From an uncultured archaeon (lineage in GTDB: Archaea > Thermoplasmatota > Poseidoniia > MGIII > CG-Epi1): 64,000 bases of DNA. Below, one piece after another: positions 37,863 to 47,675 of this stretch. The notes beneath the pieces were generated by a model. That model ran no database searches and was not told the DNA's origin. It saw only the letters and a list, made by a program, of their open reading frames with translations. Location: the NCBI GenBank assembly GCA_964578995.1, contig CAZOEZ010000001.1:19627-83626 (forward strand), given 5' to 3'. Positions within the stretch are counted from its first letter, which is position 1. Each line of letters opens with the position of its first letter. A program made the position numbers and the translations under genes.

Positions 37863-38963
37863 AGAAGCATAATCTAAATCTCCTGTTTTCTCTATTGCTT
37901 CTTTAACTTTGGGTTCCCCCAATATTGAAATTATCTCTGATAATTGATTGTCTGTTAAACTCAAAAACGCTCGTCTAAGGTGATACCCCTTAGACAACTC
38001 ACCGCCAATTCTCTGTTTCAAGAGTGATTGGTAAGGGCTCAAAGTTTTGGAGTCTAGCTTTCCTTTCTGAAACGCTTTATCAGCAACCTCAAAAGCGGCA
38101 TCAGCCGAAATTAAACCAGAATAAATCCCACCACCAGAAGTAGGTTTGGCCATGCCTGCAGCATCACCTGTTAAAAGTACATTATCTGCATAACTAGGTT
38201 CTCTTATACCAAAAGGAATAAGGCCACTAACACGATTTACTATTTTTGCCCCACCAAGCAATTTTGAGGGTGCTCCTTTATGAAAATAGTCTCTGAAGAA
38301 GTTCTTAGGACGGTCCGGGAGAACAGTAGCCATCCCAATTCTTCCCTCGTTAGGACCTGTGGGGATACCCCAACCAAAAAAACGAGGCGCTAATTCTGAA
38401 CCAACAAAGAGATCAACATGATTGTCTCTACCTTGATAACCTTCAACATCAGCTCCAAAGGCTGCCAAAACTTCTCTTTTACTGCTAAGACCTGCATCAC
38501 GAGCTACACGAGAAGCAGGACCATCTGACCCGATTAAGAGGCGCGTCTCAAGCTCAATTTTCCCATTCTTACTTTGTATCGTAGCTATTATCCCATTTTC
38601 TGACCTACGGTGACTAAGGTACCTGTGACCTTCCCTCAAATCCACACCTGCTTCTACAGCCTTATTGGCAATAGATCTATCCAAATCTGGCCTATCAATT
38701 ACTAGAGCTTTAGTCTCAGAGGCTTGGAAATCTAAGAATGAATCGTTAGGACCCCATAACCGAGCACCGTTCATTTCTTGAAGAATAGGACGTTTATAGC
38801 CTAAATAATCAAAGGTACGGGGCGTGATCAAGCCGGCACACTGACAAGGTTCGCCTACTCGCTCATGCTCTTCGACTAAGACTGTTGAATAACCTGCTTG
38901 CGCTAGGTTCCAAGCTGTTCTAGACCCGCTAGGGCCTGCCCCTATGACTAATGCATCAAGCAT
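37785..38963 (-). CDS. geranylgeranyl reductase family FAD-dependent oxidoreductase (archaeal lipid saturation)
   Basis: 392 aa with an N-terminal Rossmann fold LDALVIGAGPSGSRTAWNLAQAGYSTVLVEE and a GGR-like PCQCAGLI motif. Confidence 0.8.
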   Translation of the reverse strand: MLDALVIGAGPSGSRTAWNLAQAGYSTVLVEEHERVGEPCQCAGLITPRTFDYLGYKRPILQEMNGARLWGPNDSFLDFQASETKALVIDRPDLDRSIANKAVEAGVDLREGHRYLSHRRSENGIIATIQSKNGKIELETRLLIGSDGPASRVARDAGLSSKREVLAAFGADVEGYQGRDNHVDLFVGSELAPRFFGWGIPTGPNEGRIGMATVLPDRPKNFFRDYFHKGAPSKLLGGAKIVNRVSGLIPFGIREPSYADNVLLTGDAAGMAKPTSGGGIYSGLISADAAFEVADKAFQKGKLDSKTLSPYQSLLKQRIGGELSKGYHLRRAFLSLTDNQLSEIISILGEPKVKEAIEKTGDLDYASLAAFSVLKAQPKLVKFAPLLLKPFI

Positions 38964-38972
38964 TATGCCTTA

Positions 38973-41900
38973 TTACTCGAGGGGGACTAAATCTATTTGG
39001 CAGCTATCTGTCAACCCAGCATCTGCTAATGATAAATTAACATCTACTGACGCTCCATTGAGCATAACTGCAAAATTTGAATGTGGTAATTGGAACTTAT
39101 CAATACAATTCTGCAACAATTTGTTAACAGGCATATTAGAAGGCACCTTGACATTTGCAGTCTTACCATCTACTGTGGATACTATAACAACTCCAATCTT
39201 AGAAGGTACTCCTTCATCGGGTTCGTCAATTTGACCATCACCATCATTATCTTTGCCATCTGATCCTTGAATACGAGCTCGCCTTCTTCTGACAATTGGA
39301 ATTGCGACCATCATAATCACTAGTCCAACTCCTGCCAAGAATGGCCAGAGTAATGGTACTCCCTTAATCAATTCTCTTTCCTGCAAGTCTGAAATGAATT
39401 CAATTTCTCCAAGAACTGCAGGCAATACCAGAGGTATAGTTTCCATATGCTCATCATTATCTGTGCCACCGCCTAAGATAGACTCATCACAAGTATTACA
39501 TTGATTTATTTCAAAACTACCACTTCCAGCATCAATAGTAAAAGTCAAATCAAGTTCATCCTTATTATCCTCATCTGGAACAGTCCAAGTGAATTTTACT
39601 TCAGTTGTATCTCCTTCGTTAATTGATTCACCTACTGAACTAGTTAATTCAGTACCTGTACCATCCTCAAACACAACAGTTAACGGTTTACTACTAATTT
39701 GCCAATCTGCATTACCTATATTCTCCAAAGTAACCGTTATCTCAACATCTTCTCCAACCTCAGGATTACGCGGATCCATTGCAACTTTCTTAATTTTGAA
39801 ATCTGGTAATATTTCGAATTTTACTTCTTTACTACTCTGTTCGAACACACCGGAACGTGGATACTCATTGTCTGTATAACGACCTAATTCGTCAAACATG
39901 CGATCTGTCTCGCCTGAAAAACCATCACCATCTGATTCACATTCGAAGTCTTGTATATTGTAATCGTCACAAATTGGATTGACTTCAGCTCTGAAAGTAG
40001 TCCATTCTTCCTCTGTTGCCTTCCAACGGAATCTTACATCTGTTGTTTCACCTGCATCGACATCAAAGTCAACATAATCTTTGTTTGTACGATCCTTGAG
40101 GATTTCATTATCTGCACTGCTATCTGCTGTGATATACAACCGAGCGCCCTGAACATCTGCAGCTCCAGTATTACTTACAGTAACTGTGAACGTTACAATA
40201 TCATCAACATTTGGTGTCTGTGCACTAGAACCTGCATATTTGGTATCTACTCTCATTGCATCTATAGCAAGATCAGGTTTTACTCTTAATAATTCCGAAT
40301 AACGTGCATCATTATTGTTCTCATTAGGTTCAAGTATCTCTCCATTATCGTTATCCTCATCATAATCTGAACGAACTTCGACATACCATTCTCCACCCTC
40401 AATCAACCAATCATCCGAAGCAACAGTCTTTTGGTTATTGGACTTGATATTCGTTGTCTTGTCATAAAGTGACTTGATGTATCCCTTTGCTTCATCCAAC
40501 TCAAAACCAGCTATCATCAATGCGTCAATCTCATTTTGGGTTTCAGGTGATTTCTTAGGATAATAGAAAATCTCAACACGGACGTCATCTGCATCTGCAG
40601 TACCTATATTCTCAACATCAACTAAGATAACAACGGTGTCTCCATCCTGAACCTGAGAAGCATTACCTATTGCACCATCAATCTCTAAGAGAATATTAGA
40701 TTGTTGAATAGTAAGTTCGGGCCTCTGCACAATTACAGTTAATGTAAGATCTTGAGTGGCACTAGGGTCGTCCTCTTCATCTCTAACTGATATCTGTATG
40801 GTGTAATTACCTTCGTCGGCTTCATCGGCAACTTCAACAAACACCCAAAGATCATCAAGCTCACCATCTTCAATAGATAGACCTGATGTTGTTGACCACG
40901 GTGAAGATTTAGAGCTGTCCTGCCAGTAAGTAACTTCCCAATCATCGTCTAGTGTGGAGACTGTTTCAGGTATGAATATATCTGGATTAGACCCTGTATT
41001 ATCCAATTTAACCTTAAATTTTACACTATTCTTCGTAGCTGAACCCTCATATTCAGGATAAATTTCCTGAACAAGATCAATAGCTGTAGCTGCCAAACTC
41101 CTTGTTGGAGCTGCAATATTGATTGTAACAATTGTAGTACTCTGTGTTTCTTCTTCAGCGTTTCTGACGGTGATAGACATAGTATAATTACCTTCATCGA
41201 CCACATCTGCATCTACTTCAGCAATAAACCAGAGTGATTTACTTTGATCTTTCTCTAAAGCTTGACCCGTAGCACTCCATTTATCGCTTGAAGAACCTGG
41301 ATTACCTGAATTCTTTGTAAAGAAATCTGATTCCCAACCAGAACCGAGAACATTGTCTAATTCTGCTGTAAATTTATCGTCGTGTGAACCTGTGTTAGTT
41401 ACAGTAATCTTGAAACGAGCTGTGTTCTTTTCTTCATTGTCTATTTCAGGAGATAAAGTAACTTCTTCTTCACCTGATGTAACTGATAAAGTTACTGCAC
41501 GTATTGGTTCTCTTACATCCAATGTAGTTTCTGCTTGAACCGCTGGTTCTGCTCCATTACCTGCAGATGCCTCAGTAATAACTGTGTAATTGCCAGCCTC
41601 TGAATCCACATCCGGTGTTATACAAAGATAAAGATATTTTGATTCTCCTGCACCAATGCTACCTGAGAAACTACCGCTTGAACATGAAGCAGAAGTGAAT
41701 ATAGAAACTGTCCACTCATCAGGATATGACGTAGCAACTGTTTCAACATTTACATTATCGTTTCTGTTACCTGTATTGACCAATTTGAGAGTGAATTTCT
41801 CTCTACGATCGTTTGCACTATCTTCTGTTGAAGGATAAGTAATAAGTGTATCACTACCAACTACTGTAAGACTAGCGCCATAAATCTGACCTATCTCTGT

Positions 41901-44693
41901 TGTCAATGTAGTAATCGCACTCTGTGCTAAATCACCAGCAGATTTTGCCTTAACCTGAAATTCATACTCAGCGGACGAGTCTTCAAGCGCGTCTCTTTCT
42001 TGAGCTGATAAGTTGTCTAAATCATATTCTGGTAATGCACAAGTTATGGTTATAGTTGCAGTGGCATCCTTTGCTAATTCAACTTCTGCAGGATTTGCTG
42101 TTACCCAATTAAGGTTATCTGAAAGTATAGATATCAAAATTGTATCCGTACCATCTCCTGTATTCTTAACATCTACACTGAAAACAGCGGAAGAACCTGG
42201 AATCTTCTCAATGGCCACTACATCTGCATTAATCTCGACACCGCGAGAAAGCTCAACTTTAACTGTCAAAGTTAAAGCGTCCTGTGATTTAGTTCCGTTC
42301 GCACAATCATCACAATTGGAAACTCCTGAAACATTTACAGAATAATCACCTTTTTCAGTTCCCTCTGGAACTGTTATTGAAAGCCCGACTAATCCTGTCT
42401 TCCCTTCCTGAACATTAAGGAAAGATGTGTTGAATTCTAGGGCAGTCCATCCAGACGGTGCTGTAACGGACATTGCAACAATATCATCTCCTGTTCCCAA
42501 ATTTTCTACACTTATAGATACGCTAACTGGAGTTCCAATAATTGCATCTACAGTACTGGAATCAACTGAAAGATCAATCCAATATTCTTGGTTAACAATA
42601 GTTGTAACGGCTACTGTAGTATTGACCCACTTTGGTGGATTTTCATCGGCTGCACCGAGTGAAGATGCTGTAATATTAGTCGTAAATGCCTGATTTTGCT
42701 CACCGGAAGGAATAGTGATAGTCAGATTAACTGTCTTTTCACTACCGGCAGCAACATCTTCGACATACTCTGATTCAAGTTGAACTATCCAATTTACAGG
42801 ATAATCATCAATCGAAAGTTTGAAAGAATCGGAACCAGTACCTTTGTTCTGTACCCTCATAGGATATATCAATTCAGAACCAGGATCTCCAGCCTTAGAA
42901 GAAACAATCATGTCAACTTTATACTGCTTATTTACAGAAACTGTAACTGAACTAGTATCATAAGCTGATGAAGAATCTTCTGAAGTTCCATTAACAGTTA
43001 TTATATTGTCACCAACGACTGCGTCTTCATCAATATTCACGGTCAGATTAACAGTTGTGCTTTCACCCTGCTCTAAATCTACATCTTCAACAATTGATCC
43101 CCAAGAGGCCATCTCTCCTTCAAGAGATAATGCAACTGTATCATCTGAATTACCTTTATTCTTTACTGTAATTGAATAACTTAATTGATCGCCGGGATCT
43201 CCTGATTGAGTTGTATCCCCTGAAACAGAAACAGATACTTCATAAATCTGATTAACGTTAAGAAAGACATCACGGTATTTACTAGTAGTTGCATCCTCTG
43301 ATGTCGCCTTGATAGTTATTTTATATCCATTTTGAGCCGATGTATCCTCTGGTGCTGTAACTCTCAAAGTTGTTGTTGTATTTGCTCCAGCTGCGAGGGT
43401 AAATGATGATTCACCTAAAGTACCCCAAGTAGCATTTAAACCTGTTAGAGACAATGAGATTTCATCTTCTCCATTGCCCTCATTTTCAATTGTTAAATTA
43501 TAAGTCACTTCGATTTCAGGATTGGCAGACTGGGTATCTCCACCAACAATCGTAATTTTTGGATCATAGTTTTGCAATACTGTTGAACGCGATGTAAATG
43601 TTTTGAAAACTGAAGTGTTCTCTTGTGACGATACCTTAACCTGTATAGTAGCAACAACATCTGCTGCCGCATCCTGTGGTGCCTTAACAACCAGTACATC
43701 TGTCAAAGTGATATTCTCATCAACACCAAGACTACTTACCTCATCATTGTCCAAAGAAGCTTCCCAACCTGTTGGTACACCGTCAGTGACTACAGACAAG
43801 TCAAAAGAGTCAACCGCATTACCCTTATTTGTCACCTTAAACGAATAATATACGCGCTTTCCAGCCTCAATATCCTGCGCACTAGAACCTACCTTTGTAA
43901 CCTCAAGTGCAGGCAATTGATTAACACGAACTGTAACTGAAATCGAATATGCCGTCTCCCCATCCTCTGAATTAGCATAGAAATTTATACTTTTCAATCC
44001 TGCAAGAGCTTCGATGTCTGGTGTAACACTGAAAGTAACTGTTGCTGATTCATCTTGATCTAAACTTACTGAACCTGGGAGCGTAAACGACCAATCGCTA
44101 GTACCAACTGAATCTTGAGAAAATGTTATGGTATCTTCAGTATTTCCTTTATCATTGACAACTGTAATCGAAAAAGTTGCATCATTATTAGGATCAACAC
44201 TGATTTGTGTTGTTCCTGCTGACAGTGAATTTCCATATATTTTCTTAACTTTAGAACTACCTGCTGCAGTTTCGTTATTGCTAGATTCTCCTGCTGACTG
44301 ACAATATACTGTAAATTGTTTAGTTTGACCGCCTTCTGCATTAGTCCTATTTCCTATCTCAACATAAAGTGTAACTGTTCCTGTAGATTCGTCACTAATA
44401 CTAATCTGGCTAGGAAGAATATACATTTCCCATCCTGTCGGAATTGTTGATGACATTCCTAAATTATATGTGTCATCTTCTGTACCATCATTATCGATTG
44501 TTACTGTATAAGTTAGTGTGTCTTCAGGTTCACCTTCTTGTTGTGTAGGAGATATTGTAACTGCATGTTCATAATCTACAGCCACAGCTCCGCCTGAGAT
44601 TAATACACAGAATAAACCTGCCATGACAAATGTCAAGGCGATTGCTAGCCAATTGGTTTGGTTTAAGCTCATTGCTATTTCCATCCATTTCAC
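38973..44693 (-). CDS. giant cell-surface adhesin-like protein (about 15 CARDB/DUF11-type Ig-like domains) with a C-terminal TM and a ubiquitin-like cytoplasmic tail
   Basis: 1906 aa with a signal peptide. It has recurrent V-x-N-x-G-x-x-x-D modules (ITVKNKGNSDDT, VDVKNTGDGTD, VDVENIGTADADD and others). The TM is LLWPFLAGVGLVIMMVAIPIV, followed by RRRR and a 75-aa beta-grasp-like tail. Confidence 0.7.
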   Translation of the reverse strand: MKWMEIAMSLNQTNWLAIALTFVMAGLFCVLISGGAVAVDYEHAVTISPTQQEGEPEDTLTYTVTIDNDGTEDDTYNLGMSSTIPTGWEMYILPSQISISDESTGTVTLYVEIGNRTNAEGGQTKQFTVYCQSAGESSNNETAAGSSKVKKIYGNSLSAGTTQISVDPNNDATFSITVVNDKGNTEDTITFSQDSVGTSDWSFTLPGSVSLDQDESATVTFSVTPDIEALAGLKSINFYANSEDGETAYSISVTVRVNQLPALEVTKVGSSAQDIEAGKRVYYSFKVTNKGNAVDSFDLSVVTDGVPTGWEASLDNDEVSSLGVDENITLTDVLVVKAPQDAAADVVATIQVKVSSQENTSVFKTFTSRSTVLQNYDPKITIVGGDTQSANPEIEVTYNLTIENEGNGEDEISLSLTGLNATWGTLGESSFTLAAGANTTTTLRVTAPEDTSAQNGYKITIKATSEDATTSKYRDVFLNVNQIYEVSVSVSGDTTQSGDPGDQLSYSITVKNKGNSDDTVALSLEGEMASWGSIVEDVDLEQGESTTVNLTVNIDEDAVVGDNIITVNGTSEDSSSAYDTSSVTVSVNKQYKVDMIVSSKAGDPGSELIYPMRVQNKGTGSDSFKLSIDDYPVNWIVQLESEYVEDVAAGSEKTVNLTITIPSGEQNQAFTTNITASSLGAADENPPKWVNTTVAVTTIVNQEYWIDLSVDSSTVDAIIGTPVSVSISVENLGTGDDIVAMSVTAPSGWTALEFNTSFLNVQEGKTGLVGLSITVPEGTEKGDYSVNVSGVSNCDDCANGTKSQDALTLTVKVELSRGVEINADVVAIEKIPGSSAVFSVDVKNTGDGTDTILISILSDNLNWVTANPAEVELAKDATATITITCALPEYDLDNLSAQERDALEDSSAEYEFQVKAKSAGDLAQSAITTLTTEIGQIYGASLTVVGSDTLITYPSTEDSANDRREKFTLKLVNTGNRNDNVNVETVATSYPDEWTVSIFTSASCSSGSFSGSIGAGESKYLYLCITPDVDSEAGNYTVITEASAGNGAEPAVQAETTLDVREPIRAVTLSVTSGEEEVTLSPEIDNEEKNTARFKITVTNTGSHDDKFTAELDNVLGSGWESDFFTKNSGNPGSSSDKWSATGQALEKDQSKSLWFIAEVDADVVDEGNYTMSITVRNAEEETQSTTIVTINIAAPTRSLAATAIDLVQEIYPEYEGSATKNSVKFKVKLDNTGSNPDIFIPETVSTLDDDWEVTYWQDSSKSSPWSTTSGLSIEDGELDDLWVFVEVADEADEGNYTIQISVRDEEDDPSATQDLTLTVIVQRPELTIQQSNILLEIDGAIGNASQVQDGDTVVILVDVENIGTADADDVRVEIFYYPKKSPETQNEIDALMIAGFELDEAKGYIKSLYDKTTNIKSNNQKTVASDDWLIEGGEWYVEVRSDYDEDNDNGEILEPNENNNDARYSELLRVKPDLAIDAMRVDTKYAGSSAQTPNVDDIVTFTVTVSNTGAADVQGARLYITADSSADNEILKDRTNKDYVDFDVDAGETTDVRFRWKATEEEWTTFRAEVNPICDDYNIQDFECESDGDGFSGETDRMFDELGRYTDNEYPRSGVFEQSSKEVKFEILPDFKIKKVAMDPRNPEVGEDVEITVTLENIGNADWQISSKPLTVVFEDGTGTELTSSVGESINEGDTTEVKFTWTVPDEDNKDELDLTFTIDAGSGSFEINQCNTCDESILGGGTDNDEHMETIPLVLPAVLGEIEFISDLQERELIKGVPLLWPFLAGVGLVIMMVAIPIVRRRRARIQGSDGKDNDGDGQIDEPDEGVPSKIGVVIVSTVDGKTANVKVPSNMPVNKLLQNCIDKFQLPHSNFAVMLNGASVDVNLSLADAGLTDSCQIDLVPLE

Positions 44694-44754
44694 CAGAACA
44701 TAGGTTATAAAGCTTAGTGAATAATTATTAATAATAGTTGCTAATTATTACTAC

Positions 44755-45045
44755 ATGAGTAGTTCGTATTCCCTACCGCCTATACTAGTCTCACAAATAG
44801 AGGCTCTCGTCGACTCAGGGCACTTCAGCAGCCGTTCTGACGTAGTAAAAGAAGCTTTAAGATTTATGATTGAAAAGAAAAACCATCTTAGGCATGCATC
44901 GGCCGTAGAGATGTACAAAAAAGGTAAGGCCACACTGACAAAAGGAGCTGAGATTGCAACTGTTTCACCAGATACTTTCAGGAGTATTTTGAATGATCAA
45001 GGTATAGTAACACCAGATACTGTTGAATGGGAATCGATTGAATAA
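44755..45045 (+). CDS. ribbon-helix-helix (ParD/CopG-like) plus UPF0175 fusion protein
   Basis: 96 aa. The N-terminus PPILVSQIEALVDSGHFSSRSDVVKEALRFM fits a ParD-like RHH. The C-terminus EMYKKGKATLTKGAEIATVSPDTFRSILNDQGI fits UPF0175. Confidence 0.55.
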   Translation: MSSSYSLPPILVSQIEALVDSGHFSSRSDVVKEALRFMIEKKNHLRHASAVEMYKKGKATLTKGAEIATVSPDTFRSILNDQGIVTPDTVEWESIE

Positions 45046-45055
45046 TCTTTTATAT

Positions 45056-46159
45056 ATGTATCCTGCTGAAAAAGAATATTCAGATGCTATCAAATGGCTT
45101 GATACATTAAACCAAAACAAGATAGTTCCAGGACTTGAAAGAATTACTAAATTAATGGATGCACTAGAAAATCCTCAAAAAAAGTTGGAATTAATCATAA
45201 TTGGGGGAACAAATGCAAAGGGAAGTACTTGTTTTAACCTAAATCATAATCTTACAAAGAACGGATTTAGAATAGGCTGTTTTACTTCACCGCATATACA
45301 TTCTGTGAGAGAAAGAATTAGAATAGGAAAGGATAAAATCAGTATAGAAGAATTTACAGATGTTCTATATTTACTAAGAGACATTGTCAATAAAAACAAA
45401 ATCAAAGCTACATATTTCGAAATATTAACTGCAGCCGCATACCACTACTTCCACCTCAAAAATGTAGATTATGCTATAATGGAAGTAGGTCTGGGTGGCG
45501 AATGGGATGCTGTGAACATAGGTGATGCTAATATTGCAATTTTGACGACTTTAGGCATAGATCATGTAAATTACCTAGGCAGTGAATTAGAGGAAATTGC
45601 TGCAACAAAAGCCAAAATAGTACGAAAAAGTAGTATAGTAATTACGGGATGGGACAAAAAATATCACAAATATATTCCTAAATGCCAAAGTCTTATACAC
45701 AATGGCTACGTTGAAAAATGGGTTAAAGAGACAATGAATATAATAGGAATAAAACAACCTGTAGAAATGATAGAAATCCCTGGAAGATATGAAAAAATAG
45801 ATGAATTTATCCTAGATACTGCACACAATATGCAAGCTATGCAATATTTGATTTCACATAATAAAGAATATGATAAGATTATTATAGGTATGATGAAAGA
45901 CAAAGATATTGAAAATATAATTGATTGCTTACCAAAAAAATGTGAAATATTGGCATGTAATCTAGAAACTGAAAGATCTGCAAGCTCTAATGAATTAGCC
46001 ACAGTATGCCAAAATTTAGGATATGAATGTAAAAAATTCAATAATGTAAAACAGGCTATAGAATACTCAAAAAATCATAAAACACTGATAACGGGTTCAT
46101 TCTATACTGTTTCTGAAGCTCGAAAATTTCTAAAACTAGAAGGACATAGCGAAATATAA
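45056..46159 (+). CDS. Mur-ligase-family protein, folylpolyglutamate synthase / dihydrofolate synthase-like (FolC)
   Basis: GTNAKGST P-loop and Mur ligase middle-domain motifs. The start is set at the ATG (MYPAEKEY), because the track start at 45023 is a TTG overlapping the upstream gene. Confidence 0.65.
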   Translation: MYPAEKEYSDAIKWLDTLNQNKIVPGLERITKLMDALENPQKKLELIIIGGTNAKGSTCFNLNHNLTKNGFRIGCFTSPHIHSVRERIRIGKDKISIEEFTDVLYLLRDIVNKNKIKATYFEILTAAAYHYFHLKNVDYAIMEVGLGGEWDAVNIGDANIAILTTLGIDHVNYLGSELEEIAATKAKIVRKSSIVITGWDKKYHKYIPKCQSLIHNGYVEKWVKETMNIIGIKQPVEMIEIPGRYEKIDEFILDTAHNMQAMQYLISHNKEYDKIIIGMMKDKDIENIIDCLPKKCEILACNLETERSASSNELATVCQNLGYECKKFNNVKQAIEYSKNHKTLITGSFYTVSEARKFLKLEGHSEI

Positions 46160-46184
46160 AATATCAGGGTTATCTAAACAAATT

Positions 46185-47132
46185 ATGAATAAGACACTTA
46201 CACTCTGCTTGGTCACTCTTTTTTTGGGTTCGACCTTTAGTGGATGTCTAGACAGTGGCTTATTCTCAAATAACGATGAAAAAATTATCGTAGCTCCAAC
46301 CTGGACAAAAGGTGACTTTTGGCAATATAGTGTAAAAACTCAAAATATGGAAATATCAACCACAATGGTAGTATCAATTGATAATGATGCAACTGATTAC
46401 TATGTTGGTGCAGGCTCACTAGAAGATGCAAAGAGACACGCTGTTCTGAACCACAACCCCGCCCTAGGTCGTGTTCAAATATCAGATTTTGCTGTTTATG
46501 AAAACAATATACCTCAAAAGATAATTGATTTTCCCCTAAAATCTGATAAAAGCTGGTCATTCAATCTTTATGGTGAAGACTTTGTAGCAAGTGTCTTGAC
46601 TATTATCAGAGATGAAAATACAGATATTGATATATCTGCAACCAGTAATAGTGGGGCTACTATCTTGTACCATTACGACACCGATGCCCGATGGTTCACA
46701 TACTTTCAATATACTAACGCAAACGGCGAAGATGTTTTAACTATGGATTTAGCAAATTATGGCCGTGGATTTACAGGGAATGCATATTTCTGCAGGGGTG
46801 GAGATTTGTATGACGAAGAATTCAATGGCCCTGATTTAGAAGTTTATGATACTGTATATGTCAACGAAGGTCATGAGCGATACGGAAATTGGAACTATAT
46901 CCTTTACTTCTTAGAAGCAAACACAGGAGGCTCAGGAAGTGGAGAATTAACACTAAAAGATCATTTGGGAACCGAACTTCTGTTTGAAACTCTTAGCCCT
47001 GGTGTAACTATGAATGAAATGGGAACTGTTGAAGGATCTAGTGGTAATTGGACTTTTGAAATTGCGTTATCTGGTGATTCTTACGTTAGAATGAGAATAG
47101 CTGGTGCAATACAATACACGTATGCAGTCTAA
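46185..47132 (+). CDS. putative secreted lipoprotein
   Basis: 315 aa. A signal peptide ends in a lipobox-like LGSTFSGC. The rest is W/Y/G/D rich. Confidence 0.4.
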   Translation: MNKTLTLCLVTLFLGSTFSGCLDSGLFSNNDEKIIVAPTWTKGDFWQYSVKTQNMEISTTMVVSIDNDATDYYVGAGSLEDAKRHAVLNHNPALGRVQISDFAVYENNIPQKIIDFPLKSDKSWSFNLYGEDFVASVLTIIRDENTDIDISATSNSGATILYHYDTDARWFTYFQYTNANGEDVLTMDLANYGRGFTGNAYFCRGGDLYDEEFNGPDLEVYDTVYVNEGHERYGNWNYILYFLEANTGGSGSGELTLKDHLGTELLFETLSPGVTMNEMGTVEGSSGNWTFEIALSGDSYVRMRIAGAIQYTYAV

Positions 47133-47672
47133 TTATCTGACAAATAAACGATACTTTTGATCGCTCTCTTTAATCTCACTTTCAATTCTTTGAGATATAT
47201 ATTTTTCAGGATTCCTAAAATTAGGTATCTTTTCTTCCATTTCTTTGAAATTACTGTAGGGCCTATTACTAACAATCAAGTTCATTGTTTTCTTACCAAG
47301 GCCTGGTATTAGTTCAAGAGAATGATATCTACGTGAAATTGGACCTGCATGATTATAAAATTGGATGAATTTCTCTTCATTTTCTTTTACTATCTCATCT
47401 AATACAAAACCAAGTTCAGATTGGGCTGTATGAGTAAGCTCAACAAAATTAACCCTAGCTCGAACATGATCTATCTGTGTTCTTTCCTCGGTTTCTTTAC
47501 CAATATAACATCTATCACCAATATTTATAGCCGCACCAGTTATTGGTTTCATATCAAATATTTTGAATTCTTCTATGCCTAAACCATATACTACCGGTTC
47601 TCTTCGGAAACGTCGTTTACTATCTGGCCTTCCCTCAGGCAATACATCTAAAACGTAAGCGTAATCTTCCAT
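47133..47672 (-). CDS. DUF655 RNA-binding protein (OB/S1-like plus HhH), a conserved archaeal neighbour of rpoF
   Basis: 179 aa, beginning MEDYAYVLDVLPEGRP...VYGLGIEEFKIFDMKP. Confidence 0.65.
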   Translation of the reverse strand: MEDYAYVLDVLPEGRPDSKRRFRREPVVYGLGIEEFKIFDMKPITGAAINIGDRCYIGKETEERTQIDHVRARVNFVELTHTAQSELGFVLDEIVKENEEKFIQFYNHAGPISRRYHSLELIPGLGKKTMNLIVSNRPYSNFKEMEEKIPNFRNPEKYISQRIESEIKESDQKYRLFVR

Positions 47673-47675
47673 AAA

